Shown here in pieces: positions 12,648 to 23,790 of a stretch of DNA of 64,000 nucleotides (position 1 is its first letter; each line of letters opens with the position of its first letter). The stretch is from Takakia lepidozioides (Eukaryota; Plantae; Bryophyta), in contig CM060734.1 of NCBI GenBank assembly GCA_030704615.1, positions 3,162,001 through 3,226,000 of the forward strand. Direction: 5' to 3'. The position numbers were made by a program, and so were the translations under genes. Under the pieces are notes generated by a model, which was not told where the DNA came from, searched no databases, and saw nothing but the letters and a program-made list of their open reading frames with translations.

Positions 12648-13226
12648 TCACCAAGTCGACGGAACTTCGATACCCCTCAAAACAAGCTCATCACTGCTGC
12701 GGCACCTCGAGGTAAACTGCAATTCGGTCGTTCTGCTGCCCTTGCTGGAGCCGACGACAATGTCATGTCCATCAATGATACCACCATCATACATTGACAA
12801 GGTCACTGTGGGCCTCATGTGCCCGTGCGATTCGTCTTCGCAACTCAGCCGAATGTCTCCATACACTGGAAGAGCGGAGTGATCTGCACGTATATAGTTT
12901 TCCCCGGTGCCGTCCTCCCTGGTCCACTGGCAGCAGTTCCAGCGCCAAAGCGAGGCCGTGCGTGATCTGTCCGACATCCCTTTCCAGCTTGGTATATCGA
13001 GGTCAACAATTTTCAGGACCCACGGACCGCATTGACCCTCGCCCTCACCTCGCTCAAAGCGGTAATAGCCCTCCAGATACTCCATTGCGCGCAAAGACTC
13101 TTGCTTGATTCCATCAGCGTATGTGAAAACAGAGAGCCAGACAATGATGTCTCCTGATTCTGGTTTGAACATAGCATAATCGTGGCCATGATAAGGGCAG
13201 TCGGCTGGATTTCGGCAGCACGGCAT
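12648..13226 (-). CDS. Orphan ~190-aa protein (paralog 1)
   Basis: Open ORF from MPCCRNPADCPY; aligns over its full length with 13758-14321. Confidence 0.65.
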   Translation of the reverse strand: MPCCRNPADCPYHGHDYAMFKPESGDIIVWLSVFTYADGIKQESLRAMEYLEGYYRFERGEGEGQCGPWVLKIVDLDIPSWKGMSDRSRTASLWRWNCCQWTREDGTGENYIRADHSALPVYGDIRLSCEDESHGHMRPTVTLSMYDGGIIDGHDIVVGSSKGSRTTELQFTSRCRSSDELVLRGIEVPSTW

Positions 13227-13757
13227 CCTTGAAAAAGAGTAGCGGAGTACGCTCAATGACAGCAGCTCCCAGATGGAGGAGGAGCAGCGCGGTGGCTGGA
13301 AAAAGTTCAAGCTAACGCTGCAATTCCTCACAAACACTCCAGGGCACATTTAAATTTCCCCCCTACAGGATCCTGGACCGATGAAGATTGGCTGCTTCAT
13401 GAATGTAGCCGTTTCAGTTTCCTACCCTGCCATGCAAACTATAGGCACTCACTGCCAGGTGGGCCGATAGCCACTGGACACGACGAAGTCCATCCCCTCT
13501 TCGATGTAAATGCGGCGCCGAATTTCCATCCGGGGGGATGGACTTCGGTGGCAGATCTCAAACTATAACTTCTTGATGAGAAAGATGTATGGGTTCATCC
13601 ACCTCCGTCGGTGGGTACGTGGGACCCAGATGCTCCATTATTGGAGGCCGGACTGCTCTTCCGCTTCGCATCATTTCCAAAATCTAAGGGCTTCGTAGCT
13701 GTCCGCAAGGTCATTGTCATCTGCATCCAAGTCGTCCTTAGGTCCTCTTTTGCAAGG

Positions 13758-14321
13758 ATGTCGTGCTTCCAGAACCGGGACGACTGCCCATTTGGAGGCA
13801 TCGATTATGCAATGTATTCGGCCACATCGGGAGACATTGTTATCTGGTACACAGATTACACAGAAGATACTGGTTCGATTGTGGAAACATTGGTGGCTTT
13901 TGAGTATATCGTAGGCCACTACGCCTTCGAGCGGGGTGACGATCTTGGTCTGAGGAGTCCGTGGCTCCTGCGCATCCTCGATTCCGATTTTCCCAGCTAC
14001 GACGGTCACCCATGCAGAAGAAGGCGCACTGCTATGTTGTTGCGGTGGAACTGCTGCCACTGGACGTGGGTGGACTCCATCGGAGAGACCTATTCTCCTC
14101 AAGGAGTGCGCTCCTCTTCTCCATTGTATGGGGACATTCGCATTGGTGTGGACGACGAAAACGTGAAGATTTCCATATTCGATGGTGGTATGATTGAAGG
14201 GCAGGACATTGTGGTGAACATCACTAGGGGCGGTACAACGGCTGCAATCGACTTTACATGGAGGAGCCCCATGACTCATGAGCTAGTTCTGAGAGCAGTC
14301 GAAGTCCCATTGACAACGTGA
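13758..14321 (+). CDS. Orphan ~190-aa protein (paralog 2)
   Basis: Open ORF from MSCFQNRDDCPF; shares DYAM, SGDI.(V/I)W, Y.FERG, PW.L.I.D.D.PS, RWNCC.WT, YGDIR, DGG.I.G.DIVV and ELVLR..EVP with paralog 1. Confidence 0.65.
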   Translation: MSCFQNRDDCPFGGIDYAMYSATSGDIVIWYTDYTEDTGSIVETLVAFEYIVGHYAFERGDDLGLRSPWLLRILDSDFPSYDGHPCRRRRTAMLLRWNCCHWTWVDSIGETYSPQGVRSSSPLYGDIRIGVDDENVKISIFDGGMIEGQDIVVNITRGGTTAAIDFTWRSPMTHELVLRAVEVPLTT

Positions 14322-14699
14322 CTTGTATTTAGTAGGCACAGGGCTCAAGATTTGATGGCACAATCAGCACAGTAGACGTGCTTCAAATGCAATTCATGTG
14401 GATCAATAAAAACCTCATTGTGCCCTCTTTTTATTCTATTCTGTGTCCATCGTTCCCAGAATGCGTCATTGCTCATTTCGTTTGGGATTGGGAGTGTCGG
14501 TGGATTTTGCAAGTGGCTGGTAGGCTGAAATGGGCCCCCATTGTACAGAGCAGTACCACCCTACCATTCGCGAAACATTGCCTTTCAATATATAATTCTA
14601 AATAACATTGCCGAACCTCCTTCATCGGGAGGTCCTTCTCCCCCTATGACCGTGGCACCCTAAACCCTATTCCCGCGGACACTCATTTCCGGAAAATAG

Positions 14700-14784
14700 T
14701 GCTGCTCATGTTTTTTTCCACACTTACGACTCTGCTCATGGCTCATGCCGCTCATGGCTCATGGCTCATGAAATAGCAGCCCCC
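14700..14784 (+). repeat. Terminus of the ParB/MTase unit with GCTCATG subterminal repeats
   Basis: (GCTCATG)n-AAATAGCAGCCCCC; reverse complement at 21466-21525; variant at 60412-60448. Confidence 0.75.
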
Positions 14785-17265
14785 AAAGGGATACCACCTG
14801 AGATTTGCCAGCATAAGATTGAACTAGAACCAGGGTCGGTACCAATCAAACAGGCTAGGTACAGGATGAATCCTAACTATGCACAGAAGGTTGGGGAAGA
14901 GATCAAGAAGCTGGCTGAGGCTAAGTTCATATACCCAATAGAGTATACAACTTGGTTGTCACCCATTGTGATAGTTCCCAAGAAGAATGGCAAACTGAGA
15001 GTTTGTGTGAACTATAAGAAGTTGAATGCTTGTACAAAAAAAGATCCATTTCCTTTGCCATTCACAGAAGTTGTACTGGGTGGCAGACCATGAGATATAC
15101 TCATTCATGGATGGCTTCAGTGGATATAACCAAGTGCAAGTGGCAGAAGAAGACCAGGGAAAGACAGCTTTCATCACAGACTGGGGTGCTTATGCATACA
15201 AAGTCATGCCTTTTGGACTTTGTAATGCACCAGCAACTTTCCAGAGGGTGATAGGTGAATCTTTTCACAAGTATCTGGATGATTTCATGCAAGTGTTCTT
15301 AGATGACTTCAGTGTGTACAGCTCTAAGAATGAGCACTTGCAGAAGTTGGAATTATGTTTGGCCAGATGCAGGATGAGAGGTCTTGGGCTGAATCCGGAA
15401 AAGTGTACTTTCTGTGTGAACTCAGGGGTACTACTGGGACACATTGTATGTAAGAAGGGACTGCTTGTGGATCCTAGAAAGACAGAGGCTATTAAAGCCT
15501 CACCACCACCAAGTAACGTTAAGGGTCTAAGGAGGTTCCTTGGACAAACTACTTATTATAGAAGGTTTGTCAAACGGTATGCATAGATGGCAACACCATT
15601 GAGCAAGTTTTTGAAGAAGGATGCAGTGTTTACATGGACAGCTGAATGTCAGTAGGTTTTTGAGGAACTTACATTGTCAGTAACAACTACATCTGTGCTG
15701 ATTAACCATCACTGGCATGTAGTATTTCATGTACACTGTGATGCCTCAGGGGAAGCATTGGGAGCTGTGTTAGCTCAAAATATCACAGGAAACATAGATT
15801 CACCTGTGTACTATGCTAGCAGGTTGTTAAACAGTGCTGAAAGGAACTATAGCACCACTGAAAGAGAAGCATTGGCAATGATTTATGCAGTCAAGAAATT
15901 CAGGCATTACCTATTGGGAAGGAAATTTATGTTTTATGTGGATCATCAGGCTTTGATTTATCTGGTGAACAAGCCTTTGATGAGTGGCAGGATAACAAGA
16001 TGGTTAATAATCTTGTACGAGTTTGAATTCGAAGTTGTTTACAAGCCTGGCCGTTTGCATCTTGTGGCAGATCACTTGTCACGCCTATCAACAGGAGAGC
16101 CCGCCACGGGAGTAGACGACCAACTACCTGATGCGAGTCTATTTGCAGTGGAGGTGCAGAGAATTGCAAATAATTGCTTAGATTGGCAGTGGCCAATCAG
16201 ATACTACCTTACTCATGGTCAGTGCCCACCCAGTTATGGGAAGGAACAGAGGAAGAGAATAGCTATCAAGGCTTTACCCTACACTATGATAGGTGGCAGA
16301 TTGTATAAGATAGGACCTAATGGAGTTCTTGAACGATGCTTGTACCACCATGAAGTAAATAAAGTTTTGGAAGATGTTTATAAAGGAGTGGCTGGAGGTC
16401 ATTTTGGAGAGGAGACTACCAGCAAAAAATACTACTTGTAGGTTACTGGTGGCCTACTTTGTTCAAAGATGTGCACAAGTATTGCAAGAGTTGTGATGAG
16501 TGTCAGAGGCTAGGACCTTTGCAAAGATCTGGAAAGATGGCTTTGCATCCGACGATGCCTACTGAACCATTTCAGAAATGGGGACTAGACTTGTTGGACC
16601 AATAAACCCACCAGCCAGAAATACACAGAACAAGTATATAATCACAGCCACTGATTATACTACAAAGTGGGTGGAAGCTAAGGCTCTGAGGGACAACACA
16701 GCTAAGTCTACAACAAGGTTCCTGTATGAGAACATACTTACAAGATTTGGCTGTCCCCTGGAATTTATCAGTGACCAAGGAAGTCACTTCATTAATGAGA
16801 CCATAGAATTATTGACTAAAGAGTTCATGATTGTGCACAGGAAGAGTACAACCTACTACCCATAGGGTAATGGGCAGGCAGAGGCCACCAACAAAATACT
16901 ATGCACTATTTTGGCTAAGATAGTCAATGCAAACAGAACGGATTGGGATACAAAGCTGCTGACAGCTTTGTGGTCATACAGGACTTCATATAAAGTCACC
17001 ACTAAGTATACACCATTCCAATTAGTTTATGGTATGGAAGCTTTACTTCCAGTGGAATTCTTGTTACCTACCACGAGAACTGAATGGGGAAGGAGAATGG
17101 ATTAAAGTCAGGAAACATGAATTATATTATGTGGAAGAAGTACGTGCTGATGCAGCAGATAACATGACCAGAATTCAGATGTAGAGGAAGGATCAATTTG
17201 ATGAAGGTAAATTGAAAACTTTTAAGACGGGTGATTTGGTTCTGTGGTTGCAGAAGAAGCCCAAC
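14785..17265 (+). pseudogene. pol: Ty3/Gypsy pol (RT, RNase H, integrase), Ogre/Tat-like
   Basis: WLSPIVIVPKKNGKLRVCV, MDGFSGYNQ, MPFGLCNAPATFQR, FLDDF, CDASG, ISDQGSHF, ALWSYRTSYK. Several stops and frameshifts. Confidence 0.95.
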
Positions 17266-17656
17266 ACAGCCCACGCGGGTTGTACAGTCCATAGGATCAG
17301 TGACAGGTGGACGCGGGTTAATGTCAGAAAAGTGGCCGGTAAGTGTAAGGTTAGCTTGGGAGTCAAACTCGGAGAAAAAGCCACGCGGACAGAGGGCGAC
17401 GGAAGAGTGTTTGAATTTGAACGCGTGGCCTAAGGGGCAAAGCGCTCCGCATTGCATGAACTGCAATAGCGGGTGTCATCATGCAAAAAGACAAACTGGG
17501 CCGTCGAAGTACCTACCCGGTACAGCAACCGAAACTAATTGCGGACCCATTAATGCATCCATGAAATAGGTAACGGAACCCTTTACACGTACAACAAAGG
17601 GGGACCTTTGCCACATGTGCTGTCCTAGTGGACATTCCAGGTGGGAATGTGAGTAG

Positions 17657-20600
17657 ATGGGGGTAGAATTTAGAAATTACCCGAGGAGGCAACAGCCAAT
17701 CAGAAATGAGAATTTCATGCAGGTGGTTCCCTCCAAGAAACAAGAACAAGAAATTAGAAGAGTTATGAGCGGAAGAGTCGGGGTGGCTCCAAATAACCAA
17801 CGTCTTGACGGGAGGGGCAATCAAAGCTATAGCTTTGTAGCTATGGCGGATATTACATACTATACGCTAGCTTTACTTCTCACGCAGTGGCACAAGGATG
17901 GACGGGTTGAAATGACATTCTCTCTCACCCACTATCTGCAAGCCCCACATGCTTACACGCACTTACCCGTTCCTTTCTGTGCCAACCATACATTTATGCT
18001 CTATGCCCTGCAAGCTTTCCTACATCTATTCCAAACAAGGCCTTCTTGTTTGTCTAGGATGAAGAGAATTAGGGGAATGGAGGATATCAGGGTGAAGAGC
18101 ACCACGATTCTGCAGAAGCAAACAATTGCTACACCACAGGCAGTGCAGCTGCTGAAGGAGTTGCGATTGGAAGGGCTGCTACGCAATGAATGGTCTTTGC
18201 ATCATCGAAAGTTCATGATTCAATTCATTCAGAACTTTGAGCCTCGGACAGGAGTTATACAGGTGAGGGGAGTAGATATAGAGATTACTCCCCAGTACTT
18301 GCAGCAATTGTTTGAATTGTCTGGGCACGTGAATGTGGATGAACACAGGGCAAGATTGCAAATAGGGAATTTGTTCCAAGAAGCGAGTTTCTTTAAGACT
18401 CAAGGATACACCTGCACCAAGGCCGAGTACCCAGGGTTAAGGGAAGTTGACCAAATACTGAACATTTTGTTTGCCATGAAGCAGAACCAACAGTACCTTA
18501 GCAGATCATTCAGGGAGGAGATACTGAAAGCCTTGAGGGGAGAGGATGTGGCTTGGGCGGAGTTGATGTACAATGGTCTGGTGGAAGAGATGAAGCGGTT
18601 ACAAGGCGCACTACTGCTAAGTCTCCAATCATTGTGTCTGGCCCAATAATTGCGCAAATTATCCTTGATTCTTGTTTACTTGATGCGCGAGAACGCAAGG
18701 GGATGGGAGTGTTTGAGACAGCCACAACTGCAATTGAGGAGCATGGCTTGTCACAAGGTGAAGGGGGATTGGAGGGGCAGCACCAGTCCAAGAGACAAAA
18801 GCGGGATACGACTGTAGTGGCAAATCTACTAGCTTCAAGGAAACCACAAAATGATGTTTCCATAGCTCTTGTGCAAGATGGGGAACAGCAGCACAGAGGG
18901 TTGTTATTGCTGGAAGCACGGCCTTTGGAGAGGGAGGAAGAAGTTACCTCAGTACCACAGCCACCACAGCCAATTGACTCAGTTGTTGCAGGGGTAACTC
19001 AGATAGTACATGCTTTTACACCAGAGTCTATTGTTGTGGAAAGAGAAGGGTTAGACATCCCTACTATAGAGCAGGTAGTGGCAGAAATTGAGAAGGGTGA
19101 CCTTCTCTATGAAAACTCTGGCTTGGTCAGGGAGCCAGTGGTACCAAAGATGCAGAGTTTGACCAAGGAAATCCCTGCTGTGCATGTGATGCCCAAACCT
19201 GTGGAGGAGGTTCCAGGGGTAGAATATAAGGGCACTGTAGCACTTGTGGAGAATGAGGTCGTTCAGGAAGAAGATCTTGTGGGAACATGGCCTGAATGGT
19301 TGGTGAAACATCACACTGTGGAGAATCACGGGGACCATCAGCAAGTTTCCCATGAAGACCCACAGCAGGCCATGCTTATGAGTTCCATAAGCATGACACT
19401 CAATTTGTTGGGCACTTATATGAAATCCCATGTTCCATCCACACAATTGACAGCTTGAGGGAGGAACTCAAGCAGGAGTTTGAGGCTAGAATTGCCACTG
19501 AGTGTGCAAACAAGGTGGATGTGGAGGCCAACCTCAAGTTGCAGAAAGAGTTGGAGGACACGAAGGCTGCCCTGCAGCTAGCAAAAGGGAATTTGATTGA
19601 AGCGGGTCTGGAGCAGGAGAAGTTGCATGAAGTACATAAGCAACAGCTATACCAGTTGCAGGTTAAGCATGAGGGCAAATTGCAAGAAGTGAAGGTGCTT
19701 CATACAGAGTTGGAGGCAGTTCATCAGAAAATGACCATCCAATGTGCCACACTAACAACTACTCTGCAGCAAACTGCATTAGAAGTTAACAGACAAGCAG
19801 AGAGGTGTATGATGGTGGAGGCTGAGACCGTGGAGCAAGGGAAACTCATTGCTGATTTGAAGGCTACTATCCATCACAATGAGGATACTTTCCAACAGTA
19901 CAGTCAGGTTGAGGCTGAGAAGGACAAGTACATCATTGAGTTGCAGCAAATGCTCACATCACGAAAGAATGAGCTTTCTGTGACTACCAAGGCTTGGAAG
20001 GAAGATAATAATCTGACTGTTGCCTATGCAACCCTGGTTGAACCTCATGCAAAGCGCATGGAGGCTTTACAACAGCCGTTAAATATGTACAGACTCAAGG
20101 AGGAGCAGGCTCTCAGGGGTGCTACACAGGACTTGGTGGATAATCATCTTATGCAAGTATGGTTAACACAAGGGCCGGTGGAAGGGAAAACGCCAAGAAA
20201 GCTCACCCAGGGGGAGATGAATGATCTCAGGTTGCAGGTACAGAACATTGCCACAACCACTATAGACAATGTCTATAGTAGAATAGCTGAGTTACAGGAT
20301 GATGTGGAAGGGCTGCAGACTCAAGTGGATGACTTGAGCTCCAACATTGATAAAAGAGTTTTTGTTCCTGAGGAAGAGTTGGGGGCTGCTTATTTGCATG
20401 CATGGACTTTGATTTTCCAATCTTCGTCACGGGAGGTGCAGGACTTGCCGACAACAAGAGGGACAGTGGTGCCAATGTCACAGCAACCACAGCAGGTCGA
20501 CGCTGTTGATACCATGGCACTGCAGCAATCTGAGGTCTGGGGGGATGCTGCTTTTAACCCACCTAGGACTCCTGCTGCACTTGACTACAATCGGGCTATG

Positions 20601-21465
20601 ATTATGCCCTTCAACCAAATTCCCATTGTGATGGATTTGGCTTGGAAGGAATTCAGTCCTCCAGAGTCTTTGGCACACTATTACCAGATCACGCGCATTT
20701 GGTTGCCAGTGGCAACTAAAACTAAGGTTCTTCCGAACAACCGACCCATTGAGGATCATCATTTTGCAAGGTACTGTTCTGAGGCAGGCACCATGCTGAA
20801 GGAATTAATTGCCTTCCAGGTTGTTCATGGGTACATCTACACCAAGACCAAGGAGGTATCTAGTTTGGTCATGGGCTGTGGATTATACTTTGTTGCTTGT
20901 TTCATTGCAGTTATCACATTGAGCAGCAGAAGATGCAGTCAAGATTTCTGAGTTATTCCACTGGGGATCATTGGGTCTTACCTTCAGTTCCACCCCATAT
21001 GTATCTGTATGATGTGAAAGTCATGTTGCAGAAGGATTCCCAACTTCGTTCATGGTTTAATTTGGCTTGGAACAACTTGGCCAAAGAAAAATTGGGCCCT
21101 GACGATATTTTTTATAAGGGACATGAAGCCTGGAAATACTTACACTGTTCCAAAGTCATTGGCACACCTCTCACCTATACGGACAAGGAATTCAGGGAGT
21201 ACACTCATTTTGCTTGCAAGCGATTAATGCAAGTAGTACAGTTTAAGCTTCCAGACATGGTGGGCCAACACTGTATGCCACGCAAGATTCCTGAGAAGCC
21301 ACTTAAGGTTCGGGCACCGAAAGGCCTTAGGGGGGAAGATGATTCTGATACTACTGGTTCTACGGAAGAACCTTTTGACATGGCGGAGGACTATGCACTA
21401 CAAATGGCAGAGAAGAAACGACGGGGATCTCCTATGCCTGAGAAGTTACCTCGTTATCAACCAAA
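17657..21465 (+). pseudogene. Large sense 3' accessory ORF of the Ogre/Tat-like element (plant-transposon-protein-like N-term, long coiled coil)
   Basis: Abutting ORFs 17657-18649, 18553-19458, 19455-20951 and 20897-21484. IQFIQNF...IQVRGVDIEITPQYLQQLFEL resembles Athila/Tat accessory ORFs. The C-terminus recurs at 58836-59110. Confidence 0.7.
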
Positions 21466-22200
21466 GGGGGCTGCTATTTCATGAGCGGCATGAGCATGAG
21501 CGGAAAAAAAAAAAGCATGAGCGGACCATTGTGTGTCCACGGAAATAGGGTTAGGAGGCGTGGAAATAGGGTCATGTGAAGTTGGAATGTGGCACCAGTG
21601 GACTCGTCATAGCAATGAAATGCAACATTTTATTGCAAATTTTGTGGCAAGCCACAACTATACAAGTGTGTCCTAACTGTCATAGCCGGAATGGGCACTA
21701 TTCTCCTACACCCTCCGAGGAACTTGCCCCACCTTCCTCCTCATCCCCCTCATCCCCCTCATCCCCCCATCCTCCGAGCTCTGAGATGCATCAGTTCCAC
21801 TATGCCTCTCAAAAATTCCGTCCTCTCCTTGGGGGACTGTCCACCTCACCTCCTGGGAATCTTCTGCCTCTTCTCCCCCACTTTCCTCAGCAGAATCCAA
21901 GACAAATCTACGAGCCTGACGGGCTCTAATAGCTGCTGCCTCCTCCCTCATCTTCATTTTCTTGAGGCTTGCCTCGTCTAAAATCTGTTGTACACGACTA
22001 GGTTCGGAAGACCTCCTAATGGACACCGAAGCAAGCCGGGCAGCATAAGTAGGAAGGATGTAGTCCCTTTCTGGACTCGGCATGAAATCCCCCCTGGCAA
22101 AAAAAGGCACGTTCCTCCTGCCCATGAGCTGCGGTGTAGACGTCCCTCCTACAGTACTTGGCATCCTGCAGTAAGAACAAATTTACTTTAAGAATGTCAA
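21466..22200 (-). mobile_element. Terminal fragment of the ParB/MTase unit (terminus plus last exon)
   Basis: Starts GGGGGCTGCTATTTCATGAGC. ORF 21706-22164 (RRNVPFFARGDFM...EVRWTVPQGEDGIFE) matches 11085-11553. Confidence 0.8.
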
Positions 22201-22256
22201 TACCAGCAGAAGCAAAAAAGGGTCTTTCAATGAAATAAGAGAGCGAAGGGAGGTGC

Positions 22257-23181
22257 TGTTAGAGGACTGTCTGGGACTTAGACACTTATACGGGATCTGT
22301 AGGGTACCCTTAATTTTTTCACAGACTGAGACCAACAGGAGCCTTAGGGGTGACAGCAGCGCACTGTAGAGGGGGGTTACACAGCCCGTCACAGCCCACA
22401 CAGCCCGTCACAGCCGACACAGCCCACATAGGCCGTCACAGTCGTCACAGCCGACACAGCCAACACAGCCCGTCATAGTTGCACAGCCAGTCACAGCCCG
22501 TCACAGTTTCACACAGCCAGTCACAGCTTGACACAGCTGTCACGACCATAGGGAACGGAGAGCAGGACAGGGAATGACTGTGGGGAACAACACCTGCAAA
22601 TGGAACATGTTAGTTCACGGACGACGGTTAGTGAGGAAAACGGTTAGAGCCACGGGTAGGAAGAAAAAGGGAGAAGCAAGGACGGAAGGGGGGGGTTCTG
22701 GGAAGCACGGAAGGGGGAGGACTTCGGGGTCATGCATGGGAGGAGATCGGAAGCCAAGATGGAGAGCGCGGTGAAGGAGGAAAGAGGATTAGTAGATGCT
22801 CGTTATATGCAAAGCGGTAGTGATATAGTAGAGCAGATTAGAGACACAATGGCTTCGGCCTGATACCTGATAAATCCTAATCGGATACTTATATGATACA
22901 ATCACACTGTGTAGAGAGATCTGAGTGAAGATGTGGAATGAATGGATGAGTTGATGGAATCCAATAGATTGATAAAGCAAACTGATACTTAATTATCAAT
23001 GGTAAGGTAGCTAACATGAATGCCAAGAGGAAAACAAATAGGAAACACCCCCATGATACACTAGCTGTAGGTCATGATTGATTGTTCTGCGCGGGCTGAG
23101 TACTTAGAGATTTCCAACTCTTCTATCTTGGAGTTTCCGCCTCGGATAGCGAAGGGATGGGTGAGTAAAAGCAGCGCGACA
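22257..23181 (+). repeat. Complete LTR (TGT...ACA) with internal CACAGCC(CGT) tandem repeats
   Basis: Preceded by a purine tract (about 22231-22253) and followed by a PBS. Its start TGTTAGAGGRCTGTCTGGGACTTAGAC recurs at 59282. Repeats at 22380-22545. Confidence 0.85.
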
Positions 23182-23769
23182 TTTGGCGACCATACTGGGG
23201 AACTGAGTCATGAACAACCAGATGTGACAGGCATCTGGTGGGATCATGGTGGTTGGACCATTAAAGAATTTGAAGTGAATCAAATTCCCTGTGGAACAAA
23301 GGAAGAAAGATTGTCCAAACAATTCTTTCAAAGGTTCTTGGAATTGCCAGACGGTTGTAAAGAAAATATTCTTAAGCGAGTGCATGATGCTGATCCGGAA
23401 TGGGGTCTGGAGAAAGGAGTGATAAAGATTTATCAGGTAGCCTGTAGAGGAAGAGCACGTTGGTTACCAACGTTGGTTTATGTGATAGCATTGCTATCCA
23501 TTAAGCGAGTAGAGTTTGAAGGCTGGGAGGAAAGAAAAGTGAATGTTTATACTCATATGCATGAAGAGCTTGTACTGGTAAAGAATTGGATTCCAAAGGA
23601 TATTTTGTGGATCAAACTCACACCAAGAACAGCTTTCCAGACTTGTTTGCCATATGGTTATATGGTAACGGAGACTTCAAGTATAGCCAAGGGTGCATTG
23701 AAGCTTGAAAGAAACCCAGGCATATACGAGAGATATTACAGAAGAGAGTTATGGTTATTGCCACATTAA
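23074..23769 (+). CDS. Extra 5' ORF upstream of gag, unknown function
   Basis: Homologous to 4563-5030. The true start is probably downstream of the PBS. Confidence 0.6.
   Translation: MIDCSARAEYLEISNSSILEFPPRIAKGWVSKSSATFGDHTGELSHEQPDVTGIWWDHGGWTIKEFEVNQIPCGTKEERLSKQFFQRFLELPDGCKENILKRVHDADPEWGLEKGVIKIYQVACRGRARWLPTLVYVIALLSIKRVEFEGWEERKVNVYTHMHEELVLVKNWIPKDILWIKLTPRTAFQTCLPYGYMVTETSSIAKGALKLERNPGIYERYYRRELWLLPH
23184..23201 (+). promoter_or_regulatory. Primer-binding site TGGCGACCATACTGGGGA
   Basis: Identical to 4564-4581; 2 nt after LTR CA. Confidence 0.8.
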
Positions 23770-23790
23770 AAGAAATGAAAGACATGGGAC

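Larger units (their letters stand above)
7091..14784 (+). mobile_element. Putative DNA-transposon-like unit: ParB/MTase gene, palindrome array, two orphan ORFs, conserved terminus (left part missing)
   Basis: Lies between Gypsy gag and pol. Same components recur at 1214-2319, 21466-22200, 59390-60448 and 61727-64000. Ends in ...GCTCATGAAATAGCAGCCCCC. Confidence 0.65.

Noticed and set aside
14660-14670. Telomere-like TAAACCCTA
   Set aside because: Single unit in a subterminal region, not an array.
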